Of a DNA stretch of 64,000 nucleotides, positions 9,956-20,532 are shown piece by piece. The DNA is from a bacterium. GTDB taxonomy: Bacteria; UBA8248. A model generated the notes under the pieces. The model had not been told where the DNA came from and ran no database searches. It was given only the letters and a program-made list of their open reading frames with translations. The number at the start of each line of letters is the position of its first letter. The stretch's first letter is position 1. Location: positions 3,552,001 through 3,616,000 of the forward strand of contig OZ244799.1 in assembly GCA_965219955.1 (NCBI GenBank), written 5' to 3'. Made by a program: the position numbers and the translations under genes.

Positions 9956-10687
9956 CTAAACCGTGCCTTTGGGGGGAAGAACCACCATCGATTCCGTCCA
10001 GGCCCTGCGGGACTGAGAGAGCAAGAACTCTATGGCTTCCGCCACCAGCTCAGGAGGAATCATCGCCTCAACATCGAACTCCCCCGGAATGGATTTCCAC
10101 ATGTCCGTCGCGCAGGCCCCGGGCCGGAGGATGGTAAGACGTATACCCTTGGGCCTCAACTCCTCCACCAATGCTCTGGAGAGACCTTCGAGACCGGCTT
10201 TTGCGGCGCAATAAGCCGAGGCTCCCGGAAAACCCGACACCGCGCTAATCGAAGAGATGTTGATGACCTCGCCATTCGCCGCCGCAAGCAAGGGACAAAG
10301 GGCTCGTGTCAGCATGAAAGGGGCTGTGAGACACACAGAGACCGTAGCATTGAACTCATCCACCGAGAGGTTTTCGATATCCTTGAAAACACCCGAACCC
10401 GCATTGTTTATCAGCGTATCCACGCCTTCCAGTCTTTTTTCAGCCATTTCGCTAAGCGCTTCCACCTCGTCGGCATTCGTCACATCGCAACTGTGCGGAA
10501 AAATATGACCCACGTACCCTTTCGAATCAAAAGCCAGTTTCGCCAGGGCATCGGCATCTCTCGAAACGGCAAAAACCTTTGCGCCCGCTTTTGCGAGACG
10601 AAGCGCGCTCACACGGCCTATTCCCCGAGAAGCACCGGTGAGAACGATTCGTCTTTTCTCCAGATTCTTGGGCTCACCGAACGCCAT
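9956..10687 (-). CDS. SDR family oxidoreductase
   Basis: TGASRGIG, NNAG, YCAAK. Confidence 0.9.
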   Translation of the reverse strand: MAFGEPKNLEKRRIVLTGASRGIGRVSALRLAKAGAKVFAVSRDADALAKLAFDSKGYVGHIFPHSCDVTNADEVEALSEMAEKRLEGVDTLINNAGSGVFKDIENLSVDEFNATVSVCLTAPFMLTRALCPLLAAANGEVINISSISAVSGFPGASAYCAAKAGLEGLSRALVEELRPKGIRLTILRPGACATDMWKSIPGEFDVEAMIPPELVAEAIEFLLSQSRRAWTESMVVLPPKGTV

Positions 10688-11102
10688 CGGGACTTTCTCC
10701 ATAATAATCCACGAAATTCCGCTCGTTTTCATACAAGCGGACGCGAAATAGAATCTCTGTGTCTATATATTCCGCCAAAGATTCCCAAATCGAAATCGCG
10801 ATGTTCTCCGCCGTGGGGATCCTGTTCTTCATGAATTCCGCCGCATCTTCATTCAAATTCTTGTGATCAAGCGCTTCTACGACTTGTCGCTTCATGACTT
10901 CCTTGAGATCAGCGAGATTATAAGCCATTCCCGTTTCAAGGTTTACGGAACCTCGCAATGTCACTTCAAAAACGTAATTATGCCCATGATAGTGCGGATT
11001 AGCGCATTTTCCGTACATGGCCTCATTTTGCTCATCGCTCCAGTCGGGTCGAAACAAACGATGCGCTGCGGAGAATTCTTCTTGCCTTGTTATTTCAATC
11101 AT
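10674..11102 (-). CDS. 6-pyruvoyl-tetrahydropterin synthase family protein (CX5HGH type)
   Basis: FSAAHRL, CANPHYHGHNY, LDHKNLN, PTAENIA, LYENE. Confidence 0.9.
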   Translation of the reverse strand: MIEITRQEEFSAAHRLFRPDWSDEQNEAMYGKCANPHYHGHNYVFEVTLRGSVNLETGMAYNLADLKEVMKRQVVEALDHKNLNEDAAEFMKNRIPTAENIAISIWESLAEYIDTEILFRVRLYENERNFVDYYGESPDGVR

Positions 11103-11114
11103 CCACTTTTCATC

Positions 11115-12320
11115 CTACGCTTGAATCGGATCAATCATAGAAACATCCGTTTCTATCATATCGGCATATTTTAAGCCCGTGGCCGTATTAAACGTCACGA
11201 TGCGCTCATCGCGCCCGATATCACCCCGTTTGAGCAAAACCTCCAATGCCGCGATACACGCCCCGCCTTCAGGGCAAATGAGAATCCCCTCGGAAGCACC
11301 CGCTTTTCTTTGCGCCTCGAACATCATCTCGTCTGAAACGGCAATCGCCTTGCCCCCGCTTTCCCGAATCGCCTGCAGGCACAAAAAATCCGCCAGAACC
11401 TTCGGCGCGCGCAAGCCGGATACCATCGTCGTAGGGTTGTCCCATAATGACGAGACGTCGTCGTTGTTCTCATATGCCCGAACGAGAGGTGCGCAGCCCT
11501 CGGCCTGAACGCAAATCATGCGCGGCCTTTTCTCGCCAATCCAGCCCAAAGCCTCAAGCTCTCCGAAGGCGCGCCACATCGCCACCAATCCCGTTCCGCC
11601 ACCGGTTGGATAGAGAATCACGTCCGGAATATCGCCGCCGAATTGTTCGACGAGCTCATAGGCCATCGTTTTTTTACCCTCGGCCCGATACGGCTCCTTG
11701 AACGTAGACAACTCGAACCAGCCTTCCGCCGGTGTTCTTTGCGCCACAATTTCCGCGCAATGGTGGATATAGCCGCGAACAACGGTCACATCTGCTCCCG
11801 CCAGCGCACATTCCACTTTGTGTACGCTCGGCGCTTTTTCCGGGACAAACACAGACGCCTCGATTCCTGCTCGCGAGGCGTAGGCGGCCGCCGCGCCGCC
11901 GGCGTTTCCGGCCGTGGGAATGGCGATCTTTTTCGCTCCCAGATGCCGGGCCATCGTGATGGCTGCGGACAACCCCCTGGACTTGAAACTTCCCGTCGGA
12001 TTCAGGCCTTCATCTTTCACGAACAGGTTCGAAAACCCCAAAACCTTTCCCAGGCGAGGCGCCCGCAACAAGGGAGTCATGCCTTCGCCGAGCGTAACGA
12101 TGGCACCTTCATCGGGAGCCGGAAGCATTTCATGATAGCGCCACATGGAATGAGCGCGACCCGCCATATTCTTGATGTTCAAAGTTCGCACGGCGGCTTC
12201 GGTGTCATACCGCGCCAGCAACGGAGCGCCACAGGGGCTTAGATTCATCAAACCGCCGGGTGCGAATTGTTCTCCGGTTTTTGAACATTCAAGCCCTGCG
12301 AATGCAGAATAAGAATTCAT
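11115..12320 (-). CDS. thrC: Threonine synthase-like PLP enzyme
   Basis: LGEGMTPL, KDEGLNPTGSFKSRG, AGNAG, EGKKT, PTGGGTG, TGLKY. Confidence 0.8.
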   Translation of the reverse strand: MNSYSAFAGLECSKTGEQFAPGGLMNLSPCGAPLLARYDTEAAVRTLNIKNMAGRAHSMWRYHEMLPAPDEGAIVTLGEGMTPLLRAPRLGKVLGFSNLFVKDEGLNPTGSFKSRGLSAAITMARHLGAKKIAIPTAGNAGGAAAAYASRAGIEASVFVPEKAPSVHKVECALAGADVTVVRGYIHHCAEIVAQRTPAEGWFELSTFKEPYRAEGKKTMAYELVEQFGGDIPDVILYPTGGGTGLVAMWRAFGELEALGWIGEKRPRMICVQAEGCAPLVRAYENNDDVSSLWDNPTTMVSGLRAPKVLADFLCLQAIRESGGKAIAVSDEMMFEAQRKAGASEGILICPEGGACIAALEVLLKRGDIGRDERIVTFNTATGLKYADMIETDVSMIDPIQA

Positions 12321-12442
12321 CTCGGGACTCTCATATATGAAGTTTTCATTCTCGACATTGTTGCTTCAAAAGCACTTTGGTACCTTTTCATTGATTCTCA
12401 TAACGATATCGTTATCATCGCTGCCCCCGCAAGGAGAAACCA

Positions 12443-13321
12443 ATGGCACGCAGAGTAAAGGCATTGCCAGGCCCGGCAAAAACCCAAGGATTTGTTGAAA
12501 TCGCAGATGGGGTACATATATTCATTGGTGGAGATGGCGGGACGAACTTCGGCCTCGTGCTTACGGACGAAAAACCCGTTATCGTTGATAACGATATCCG
12601 GATACGAAAACCTTTTGTGTCCGGCATGAAAGAAATCATCCGAAAATCACCTGGTCTGGTGCTCAATACCCACCACAATTTCGACCACACCTCCGACAAT
12701 GGTTACTACCATAATCGAGGGGCCGTTTCCGTTGGCCAGGAAAACGTGCGCCTGGAGATGGAACGAGAAGAGAACGAGGACATCTGGGTGAAGCAAATGG
12801 CGGGAAGGCCACAAAAAGTAGAGCACCTGATTGGTAAACTTCACATTGCACCGCCCATGGTAACGTTCGAAGGTGAAATTTCCATCCGCTATGGCGGGCG
12901 GCTGTTCGAGATGGTTCACATTGGTCATTGTCACACCAAAGGAGACACCGTCGTTTGGATGCCGGAGGAAAGAATTCTGTTCACCGGAGATCTGCTCGAT
13001 TATCGAACTCATCCGGTAGCCAGGCTGGGGAATTTCGGCAACTGGATAGATGCGATTCCCAAATTAAAGAAATTTCCCGCCAAATTCCTTATCCCCGGCC
13101 ATGGACCGATTCCTGCTCAACCCGCTTCCAAGGTATGGGATGAATTCAGGGGTTATATGACGAAACTGCGCTCCCGCACCGCCACGGCCCTGAAAAAGCA
13201 CAAAACTCCAGCAAGAGCGGTTCCGAACGTTCACATGGATGAATACCGAAATTGGTTTCGCTCAAACCTCGTTCCGCAAAACGCGACGTTAATGGCGAAG
13301 GAATTAAGCAAAAAAAGGTGA
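12443..13321 (+). CDS. MBL-fold metallo-hydrolase (cyclase-like)
   Basis: NTHHNFDHT, HTKGD, FTGDL, IPGHGP. Confidence 0.85.
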   Translation: MARRVKALPGPAKTQGFVEIADGVHIFIGGDGGTNFGLVLTDEKPVIVDNDIRIRKPFVSGMKEIIRKSPGLVLNTHHNFDHTSDNGYYHNRGAVSVGQENVRLEMEREENEDIWVKQMAGRPQKVEHLIGKLHIAPPMVTFEGEISIRYGGRLFEMVHIGHCHTKGDTVVWMPEERILFTGDLLDYRTHPVARLGNFGNWIDAIPKLKKFPAKFLIPGHGPIPAQPASKVWDEFRGYMTKLRSRTATALKKHKTPARAVPNVHMDEYRNWFRSNLVPQNATLMAKELSKKR

Positions 13322-13326
13322 GAATC

Positions 13327-13968
13327 TCACACCCACTCTGTTGGTGACGCCTCTCCCTGGAAATAACCAGGGGGAACATCCCCCCGCACACGGCGGGCGA
13401 TCAAACGCTTGTCCATCAATGAAAAGCGGCTTTCCACTTCAGCCGATGAAGACCACGGTTCTTCATCCTGAAAACCACCCACCCGAATTTCTCCTTCCAC
13501 GATCAAGACGCCATCCTCTACCCTGGGGGTACTTCTCACTACCCCTGATTTTTCATCCCAAAACTGTACGGCGCCATCGTTTGCGCCGAACGCATAGACC
13601 GCACCTTCTCTCTTCCAGTCTACGGTCGCAAATGGGCCTCCTTTTTCTTCTCTCTTCATCGCCACACTGCTTGTACCCACGATGTATAAATCCCCCCAGA
13701 TGAGAGGGGACGCTATCACCCAGCCTGCCGTGTTCTCCACTCGCCAACGGAAATTGCCGCTTTCGCGATCCACCGCAAAAAAATGGCCCTTTTCCTGGTC
13801 ATTCAGGACGGCGAAAATTCCTTTTTCATCCGCGGCATACAGCGAGGTATGCACACCAAGGCGTTCGAGAAGTTCGTCGGGTGGAATCGTCACGATACCT
13901 GCCTCTCCATCGGTGGTCATCGGTAAAGGTTGCTCACTATCTTTCAGCCGCAGAATACCCGAAGACAC
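13327..13968 (-). CDS. PQQ-binding-like beta-propeller repeat protein
   Basis: FFAVDRESGNFRW and VYAFGANDGAVQFW repeats. Confidence 0.6.
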   Translation of the reverse strand: MSSGILRLKDSEQPLPMTTDGEAGIVTIPPDELLERLGVHTSLYAADEKGIFAVLNDQEKGHFFAVDRESGNFRWRVENTAGWVIASPLIWGDLYIVGTSSVAMKREEKGGPFATVDWKREGAVYAFGANDGAVQFWDEKSGVVRSTPRVEDGVLIVEGEIRVGGFQDEEPWSSSAEVESRFSLMDKRLIARRVRGDVPPGYFQGEASPTEWV

Positions 13969-14100
13969 CTTTCACCTCTATCTCGCGAAGTGAGATGGGA
14001 CAACGCGCTGTTCATCAAGGTCGAACGCTATGATTATTTTTGATAAGATTAGCGAAATAATTCGTATTGAAAATAGAGACCATCAATAAGGAGATTTCAC

Positions 14101-14667
14101 ATGGCCGTCGTCACCATTTCACGTCAATACGGGACAGGTGGAATTTTCATTGCGCGCAATCTTGCGGAAAAATTGAATTATGCGTTTCTGGGACGTGATG
14201 AACTCGTCGAAATTTGCGAACAACGAGGTTTAACCCTGGATCTAGAAAAAATAGAAGGCCGCGCGCCAACAATCCTGGAGCGGACTTTCGGTGTGAGGCG
14301 AGACAGCTTGCGAGGCGTTCTATCTGGATGCATGAACGAAGCGGCGGACAAAGGGAACGTGGTTATCGGCGGATGGGGAGGTCAAGTACTTCTCAAGGAT
14401 CGACCCGATGCCCTGCATCTACGAATCGTCGGCAGCCTGGAAGCCCGCATCCGACACTTCATGGAATCATCAGGCGTGACGAGAACGGCCGCGGAAGAAA
14501 CCATCAAGAGATCAGACCGGGATCAGGGATTGTTTTCCCAGTATTTCTTTCATGTGGATTTCGCCGATTCCACTCTTTATCACGGCACATTGAACATCGA
14601 GCAAACATCGGCTGAGGATATGATTTCTATCATCGAATCGATGATGGCAGAAAAAGCGGCTTCCTGA
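14101..14667 (+). CDS. Cytidylate kinase-like family protein
   Basis: VTISRQYGTGG...GNVVIGG...SDRD. Confidence 0.85.
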   Translation: MAVVTISRQYGTGGIFIARNLAEKLNYAFLGRDELVEICEQRGLTLDLEKIEGRAPTILERTFGVRRDSLRGVLSGCMNEAADKGNVVIGGWGGQVLLKDRPDALHLRIVGSLEARIRHFMESSGVTRTAAEETIKRSDRDQGLFSQYFFHVDFADSTLYHGTLNIEQTSAEDMISIIESMMAEKAAS

Positions 14668-14682
14668 ATACTGTCACGAAAA

Positions 14683-15918
14683 TCACCCTTTTCTTCTCTT
14701 TGCTTGAGAAGACGCCGCCGCCACTGCAATAAGCGAAAAAACCTGAACCGCCAGCACGAGAATAAACGCCCAGTAATAGTTTTTCCATAAATCAAAAAAG
14801 TATCCCGCAATCCAAGGCCCGACGGCTGAGGCCAATCCTCCTCCCGTTTGGCTGAAACCCAGGATTCGGCCAAAACTTTTGCCGGCGAAAATGTCCGCCT
14901 TGATCGATACGAAGATCGCACCCCGGGCACCGGCGCCGATCCCATACACCAAAACATAAGCATATCCCATCCAGGAGCGGTGCTCAGATAAATTCATCAA
15001 CAAAAAAACTCCTGACATGGCAACCAGGCTGAGCAGATAAAAAGTTCGGGTGCGTCCAATTCTATCCCCCACCCATCCGCCTAAAATACCTCCCAAGGCC
15101 CTGACTACGGCCAGACCTCCTATCAGAGAGGCGGCTCTCATCGTGCTCATTCCAACATCAACCATGTGCGCGGCCTGATGAACGCCGACCACGCTGAAGC
15201 CAACGCCATTAAAGATCCCGGCCAGAAACAATAGCCAAAAAACCGAATCAGACAGGGCGTCTTTCAAGGTCCGGTTCGAGCCGAGGTCGTCCACTGCTTT
15301 TCTTTCCGTTATGACAGCCCGGCTGGGATGCAAAAAAACATTCAAGGGAACCAATAAAACGAAGATGCCAATCGCCAGCAATACATACGCCGCACGCCAT
15401 CCAAAAGTCGCGATCAGATAGGCGGAAAACGGAACCATGACGATACCGCCGCAGCTCCTTCCCGATAGAGATATCCCCATCGCCACGGAGCGGCGTTGCG
15501 TAAACCATTGGCTAACGATTGTGCTCGTGGGAATGAACCCGAACATGGTGACGCCTAACGCTACGACGCCTCCGTAGAAAAAATACAAGGTGGGCAAGCT
15601 GGAAACCTTTGACATCAAGACAAGGCCGATACCCAGAATCGTGATTCCCGTGGGAATGATCACCCTCGGACCCCAACGATCCACCATCGCCCCGATAAAG
15701 CCTGCGGAAATTGCAAACGTGGCCATGGAAAAAGAAAACGCCAGGGCGGTGTCCGCCCGGGACCACCCAAATTCATTGAGAAAAGCCACGTAAAAAACGG
15801 GAAACGTTCCGACGATGGAACCACCGACAGCCATGGTGAAAAAGGTGAGTCCCACTATCACCCAGCCATAATAACGGCTTGAATTCTCACTCGCCTTCTC
15901 TGAAAAGTGGAATTTCAT
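14683..15918 (-). CDS. MFS transporter
   Basis: About 12 hydrophobic segments; GAMVDRWGPR and GWVGDRIGR motifs. Confidence 0.9.
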   Translation of the reverse strand: MKFHFSEKASENSSRYYGWVIVGLTFFTMAVGGSIVGTFPVFYVAFLNEFGWSRADTALAFSFSMATFAISAGFIGAMVDRWGPRVIIPTGITILGIGLVLMSKVSSLPTLYFFYGGVVALGVTMFGFIPTSTIVSQWFTQRRSVAMGISLSGRSCGGIVMVPFSAYLIATFGWRAAYVLLAIGIFVLLVPLNVFLHPSRAVITERKAVDDLGSNRTLKDALSDSVFWLLFLAGIFNGVGFSVVGVHQAAHMVDVGMSTMRAASLIGGLAVVRALGGILGGWVGDRIGRTRTFYLLSLVAMSGVFLLMNLSEHRSWMGYAYVLVYGIGAGARGAIFVSIKADIFAGKSFGRILGFSQTGGGLASAVGPWIAGYFFDLWKNYYWAFILVLAVQVFSLIAVAAASSQAKRRKG

Positions 15919-15937
15919 TTAGCCGAATCCGATACAG

Positions 15938-15970
15938 AAAAAATACAGGCGCCCCACCAAAGAGGCGCCT
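15938..15970 (-). terminator. Intrinsic terminator downstream of dnaN
   Basis: Minus strand AGGCGCCTC-TTTGGT-GGGGCGCCT followed by GTATTTTTT. Confidence 0.6.
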
Positions 15971-16053
15971 AAGAAATCATGATCCCCCCAACTTTTCTTT
16001 CAGGGGCATACTTGCAGCATCAATTCAACCTTTTGGGCAAACCGAATGGCTGG

Positions 16054-17211
16054 TTAGACACGCATCGGCATTACAACATATGTATAGCCATCCGAATCTT
16101 CGGGAGAGAGTACCCCGGGACTCAGCGAATCCTTTAACTCCATGCTGATCTGCTCTTCGTCCAATATGGAGAGCGCATCAAGACAATACCTGGAATTAAA
16201 CCCGATCGTGATGTCAGTCTGCGCGTTCGATTCTATGACTTCCTCGGCTTCTCCCGCTTCTGAGCCATTCGTCGTCAGTTTCAACTGGCCCGGGGTGAAC
16301 TCAAACTTCACCATGCGCGTTTCGTTCGTAAAAAGAGAAACCCGCCTGAGCGCCTGCGTTAAACTTTCCCGGTTCATCAAAATGGAATGCTCATTATTAT
16401 CTGGAATTACTTGCCTGTATTTCGGAAATTCGCCATCTATCAGGCGGGCCGATAACGCGATATTTTCCATTTGAAAAATGATGTGGTTTGGAGTGAGAGA
16501 GGCGGGCGCTTCTTCCCCTGAAAGAGATAAGCCCTGGCCGCTTGAAACGTGGGTGAGAGAAACGGATACGTCACCCTCGACGCCCTGCAAGAGCTTGACG
16601 AGTTCTCCCAACGCTTTTTTGTGGACAATCACTCCTTCTTCAAGTACCAACCCTTCGCTCGCTCGCTCAATCATCGCCAACCGATGGCCATCCGTAGCGA
16701 CGAGGCGCAGGGTGTCGGCTTCGGTTTCCATGAAAACGCCATTGTACGTATAGCGCGTCTCATCCTGGGATATCGCAAACATCGTCTTTCGAATCATTTC
16801 CGATAAAACCGAAGCAGAAATTGTATGTGTGTCTGACTCCCTCGACTCAGGAAGCGCGGGAAACTCTGCAGGCGGCAACCCCGGAAAACGGAATCTCGAG
16901 CGCTCACAGCGCATTTCAATCCACTGTCCATCTTCTTCCGTGAAACGAACCTCCGACTCAGGAAGTTCCCTGACAATGTCAAACAATTTCCTTGCATTCA
17001 GCGTGACTTTCCCTGCTTTCTCTACTTCAGCCTCGAACATTCCCCGCATGCTGATATCAAGATTCGTACCCAACAAACGGATATTCTTATTGCCTTCGGT
17101 CTCGACAAGCACGTTTTGTAATATTGGCATTGCGCTGCTTCTATTTTCGACGACACCTTGTATCGTCTGCAGGGCCCTGAGTAACGTATCCCTTGAAATG
17201 GCTAACTCCAC
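16054..17211 (-). CDS. dnaN: DNA polymerase III subunit beta (sliding clamp)
   Basis: PILQNVL, LVATDGHRLA, RLIDGEFPKY, IGFNSRY, YVVMPMRV. Confidence 0.97.
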   Translation of the reverse strand: MELAISRDTLLRALQTIQGVVENRSSAMPILQNVLVETEGNKNIRLLGTNLDISMRGMFEAEVEKAGKVTLNARKLFDIVRELPESEVRFTEEDGQWIEMRCERSRFRFPGLPPAEFPALPESRESDTHTISASVLSEMIRKTMFAISQDETRYTYNGVFMETEADTLRLVATDGHRLAMIERASEGLVLEEGVIVHKKALGELVKLLQGVEGDVSVSLTHVSSGQGLSLSGEEAPASLTPNHIIFQMENIALSARLIDGEFPKYRQVIPDNNEHSILMNRESLTQALRRVSLFTNETRMVKFEFTPGQLKLTTNGSEAGEAEEVIESNAQTDITIGFNSRYCLDALSILDEEQISMELKDSLSPGVLSPEDSDGYTYVVMPMRV

Positions 17212-17582
17212 AATACTGGCTCCTTGTAATGGGACAGGGTTTACGAATCATTGAGCAGCATGAACCCGATATTGGTTTGATGATAACAAATTTCAGGGTC
17301 TCGTGGGCACCCGTTTCATATAAACCAAAGAAAGAGACAGGGCAAGAGGACGGATTTTGAAAACCCATTTACCATTCGGTGAAATTTGATTCCATAAATT
17401 GCGGGCGCAAACCATCATGGCGCTGACGTCGATGCCCGGCAAAAGAAGAAATACCGCGGCCAAAAACACCACAAATCAAGTTGCGAAAGAAAAAAAGCGA
17501 AGGACACAATCCTTGAATCATTGAGTTGAAATGGTAATATGGAAGCCTTGTTAATGCGAAGTATCTTCAACTATTCTGTGTT

Positions 17583-18335
17583 ATGAATAAATCGATCTCC
17601 CAGCGCTCTATATTGCACATCTACGCACATCCGGATGATGAATCCTTTGGAAATCCTGCCACAATCACGCTCTACGCAAACCAGGGTGTGCGAATGGGCC
17701 TGCTTACCTTTACACGTGGAGAAGCAGGTCTGACAAACGGCGTATGCGAGCCTGATGAGTTAGGCGACGTCCGGGAAGCGGAACTGAAAGACGCCTGCCA
17801 TGTGCTTGGCGTGGAAGAAATGACGCTCTGGAACTACCCGGATGGCGAATTGAAATCCATTGACGATTCGGAAATTATACCCCGCATCGAAGTATTCATC
17901 CGGAACTTTTCTCCCGATGTGATCGTGACGTACGGAGAGGACGGCGTTACCGGACATCCTGACCACATCGCCGTCGGCGGCTGGGTCACAAAGGCTTTCT
18001 GTCGACTTGTGAAGGAAAATCCCGGGGCTGCTCCCAAGCGCCTGTACCACCGAATATCGCCTGTGAAAAGGCGCGCCTTGTACAATCGCTCCGATCTCGT
18101 TTATCGAGATGACTACACAACCATTGTCGATGGGAGAAGATTTCCGCATGCGAGATTCAAAGCGCACGCATGCCACCGCTCCCAGAAACAAGTTACGGAT
18201 TACACTCAACCAAAAGTGTTTGAGGCAGGGTTGGTAGATTATTATGCCAGACATTATCCCGCCTGGTGTGGAGGTCCGCTTGAGGCCGATCTGTTCGGGG
18301 ATTCCCACCATGCCGATGAAACCATATTGCCCTGA
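17583..18335 (+). CDS. PIG-L family deacetylase (MshB/BshB-like)
   Basis: AHPDDE, TRGEAG, GHPDH, HRSQ. Confidence 0.9.
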   Translation: MNKSISQRSILHIYAHPDDESFGNPATITLYANQGVRMGLLTFTRGEAGLTNGVCEPDELGDVREAELKDACHVLGVEEMTLWNYPDGELKSIDDSEIIPRIEVFIRNFSPDVIVTYGEDGVTGHPDHIAVGGWVTKAFCRLVKENPGAAPKRLYHRISPVKRRALYNRSDLVYRDDYTTIVDGRRFPHARFKAHACHRSQKQVTDYTQPKVFEAGLVDYYARHYPAWCGGPLEADLFGDSHHADETILP

Positions 18336-18336
18336 A

Positions 18337-18981
18337 TTACACTACTCTTCCATACGCAAGCCGCACATTTTTTACTGAAAGAGACTTGGTCCATTCTGGT
18401 ATGTGAGTGCTCACGACCAAGGTGATCCCAGAGGCGGCCAATTCTTGAATGATTCCGACAATCACTTCGCTGTTTTCTTCGTCTACGTGGGAAATGGGCT
18501 CATCCAGAAGAAGGGTTTCCGCTCCCGCCGCTAACGCCCTGGCAAGCGCCACGCGCTTCTTTTCTCCCCCGGAGAGTTTAGCAGCATCTCGTTGAATGAG
18601 GCCCTCGCATCGCGTTTTAAGGATAGCTTCTTCAGCCTTTTTGTTCGCCTGCGATATATTCATCCCGCGCGCGCGGGGACCATAAGAGACATTCGACAGA
18701 ACATTTCCCCGAAAAAGATATGGCTCCTGGGCGAGGAGGGTAACCAGTCTCCTGTGCTTGAGCCCCGGCTTGCCGAAAATGATGGCCTCATCCTTGTAGT
18801 TGATGATGCCGGTCTCAGGCGTAAGCAGGCCCGCCATCATACGCAACAGCGTTGTTTTTCCGGAACCATTTGCTCCGGTGAGCAAAGTCACCTCGCCGGT
18901 CGAGACGGTCATTCTTTCAATGTCCAGAACCAAATCGGTCTCATACCGAAATTTCACGTTTTCCAGAAAAAACACATCCAT
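18337..18981 (-). CDS. tupC: Tungstate ABC transporter ATP-binding protein
   Basis: GANGSGKT, LSGGE, LLLDEP; operon context. Confidence 0.85.
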   Translation of the reverse strand: MDVFFLENVKFRYETDLVLDIERMTVSTGEVTLLTGANGSGKTTLLRMMAGLLTPETGIINYKDEAIIFGKPGLKHRRLVTLLAQEPYLFRGNVLSNVSYGPRARGMNISQANKKAEEAILKTRCEGLIQRDAAKLSGGEKKRVALARALAAGAETLLLDEPISHVDEENSEVIVGIIQELAASGITLVVSTHIPEWTKSLSVKNVRLAYGRVV

Positions 18982-18982
18982 G

Positions 18983-19669
18983 TCAGGACCTTTGGATATA
19001 GCGGGAAAGAAAATTCGTCACGAAAATGATCGCCAGGAGCACAACGCCCAAGGCAATTCCGAAGCCGAATTCTCCTTTCATGCTTTCAAGCGCTATGGCT
19101 GTAGTCAGCGTTCGTGTATATCCCTCGATATTCCCTCCAAGCATCATGGCGATACCCACTTCCGAGGATACGCGGCCAAACGCCGCCAACACCGCCGCCA
19201 CCATCCCAAAACGGGCTTCGCGCAGCACGGTCCACGCCACAAGGCCATTGGATGCGCCTAGTGTAAGGGCTGTTTCCCGTACTCTGTCATCAACGGATGC
19301 GACGGACGTCATGGAGAATACCGCCACGAGAGGAATCGCCAACACGACCAACCCGATAATGATAGCCGAGGGAGTGAACAACAAGTCGGCGAACCCCAAA
19401 GGTCCTCGTCTGGAGATAAAGCCATATACGAGTAACCCGATGACGACGGTCGGCAATCCAAGCGATGTTTGAAGCACCGTGATGGCGAACCCGCGCCCAT
19501 GAAAGCGTGCCGTCGCCAACAGAAAACCAACAGGCAGGCCAATGAGAGACGCCAGAATCGTAGCCCAAAAACCTACCTTGATAGTCACCCATGCGGCGCG
19601 CATGACTTCCGGGTCTGCTCTAAGCACCCGTATCAATCCATCGGCAAACCCATCAAGCAAATATTCCAA
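18983..19669 (-). CDS. tupB: Tungstate ABC transporter permease
   Basis: LPTVVIGL...SRRGPLG...FGRVSSEVG...GGNIEGYTRTLTTAIALE. Confidence 0.9.
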   Translation of the reverse strand: MEYLLDGFADGLIRVLRADPEVMRAAWVTIKVGFWATILASLIGLPVGFLLATARFHGRGFAITVLQTSLGLPTVVIGLLVYGFISRRGPLGFADLLFTPSAIIIGLVVLAIPLVAVFSMTSVASVDDRVRETALTLGASNGLVAWTVLREARFGMVAAVLAAFGRVSSEVGIAMMLGGNIEGYTRTLTTAIALESMKGEFGFGIALGVVLLAIIFVTNFLSRYIQRS

Positions 19670-19694
19670 AACGCTTACCCTCTAAAGAAATTTG

Positions 19695-20522
19695 TCAATA
19701 TGTTCTTTTCGCGTTTGGATAAAAAAGCTGTTTTCCCATGAGTCGAAAATCCCGGATGATTCTTTGTCCCTGAACGGAAGTAAGAAAATCGATATATTTC
19801 ACCGCCAAGCCGAACTTCACATGGGGATGACGCTTTGGATTGACGGCGATCACGCTGTAAGGGTTGTGCAAGGGTTTTCCCCTTGGTCCTTGAATCTTGA
19901 GGGAAATCTTTGCTTTGGCGACCAGGGCGATGTACGTACCCCTGTCTGTAAGCGTGTATCCACTTTTTTCGTCCGCAGCCATCAGCGTTCTGCCCATTCC
20001 CTGACCCAATGCCCGATACCAGGAACCAAACAGGCTAACGCCGGCATCTTTCCAAAGCTGCAATTCCTTTTTGTGTGTTCCAGAATCATCTCCCCTGCTG
20101 AACCAAAGGCTTTTCTGATTTTTTATTCGGAGCATCGCCTCAGATACGTCGATTGTTTTTAACACTCCGGCAGGATCCGATGCCGGGCCCACGATCACAA
20201 AGTCGTTATACATGACGGCTCTTCTGCGGGTACCGTAGCCCCTGGCCACGAACAAATCTTCCGCTTTCCTCGCATGGACGAGCACAACGTCCACATCGCC
20301 ATTTTGCCCCAGGCGCAAAGCCTTCCCCGTTCCTACAGATATGGTGTGCACGAAAACACCATGTCTTTTCTCAAATACCGGATGTAATTTCTTGAGCAAA
20401 CCGGAATTCTCGGTACTCGTCGTAGTAGCAAGTTTCAGGCGATCCAGTGCAGAAGAGTGGGTCCAAAATCCCAAAACCAATAAAAGGGCCAGAAATAACC
20501 GCGAGAGAAAACACCGCGTCAT
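19695..20522 (-). CDS. tupA: Tungstate ABC transporter substrate-binding protein
   Basis: ATTTSTENSGL signature, VGTGKAL, SRGDDSGTH; signal peptide from ATG 20522. Confidence 0.92.
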   Translation of the reverse strand: MTRCFLSRLFLALLLVLGFWTHSSALDRLKLATTTSTENSGLLKKLHPVFEKRHGVFVHTISVGTGKALRLGQNGDVDVVLVHARKAEDLFVARGYGTRRRAVMYNDFVIVGPASDPAGVLKTIDVSEAMLRIKNQKSLWFSRGDDSGTHKKELQLWKDAGVSLFGSWYRALGQGMGRTLMAADEKSGYTLTDRGTYIALVAKAKISLKIQGPRGKPLHNPYSVIAVNPKRHPHVKFGLAVKYIDFLTSVQGQRIIRDFRLMGKQLFYPNAKRTY

Positions 20523-20532
20523 TGGAATGTAT

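Noticed and set aside
17212-17582. oriC or dif near dnaN
   Set aside because: No clustered TTATCCACA boxes or dif-like 28-mer recognised.
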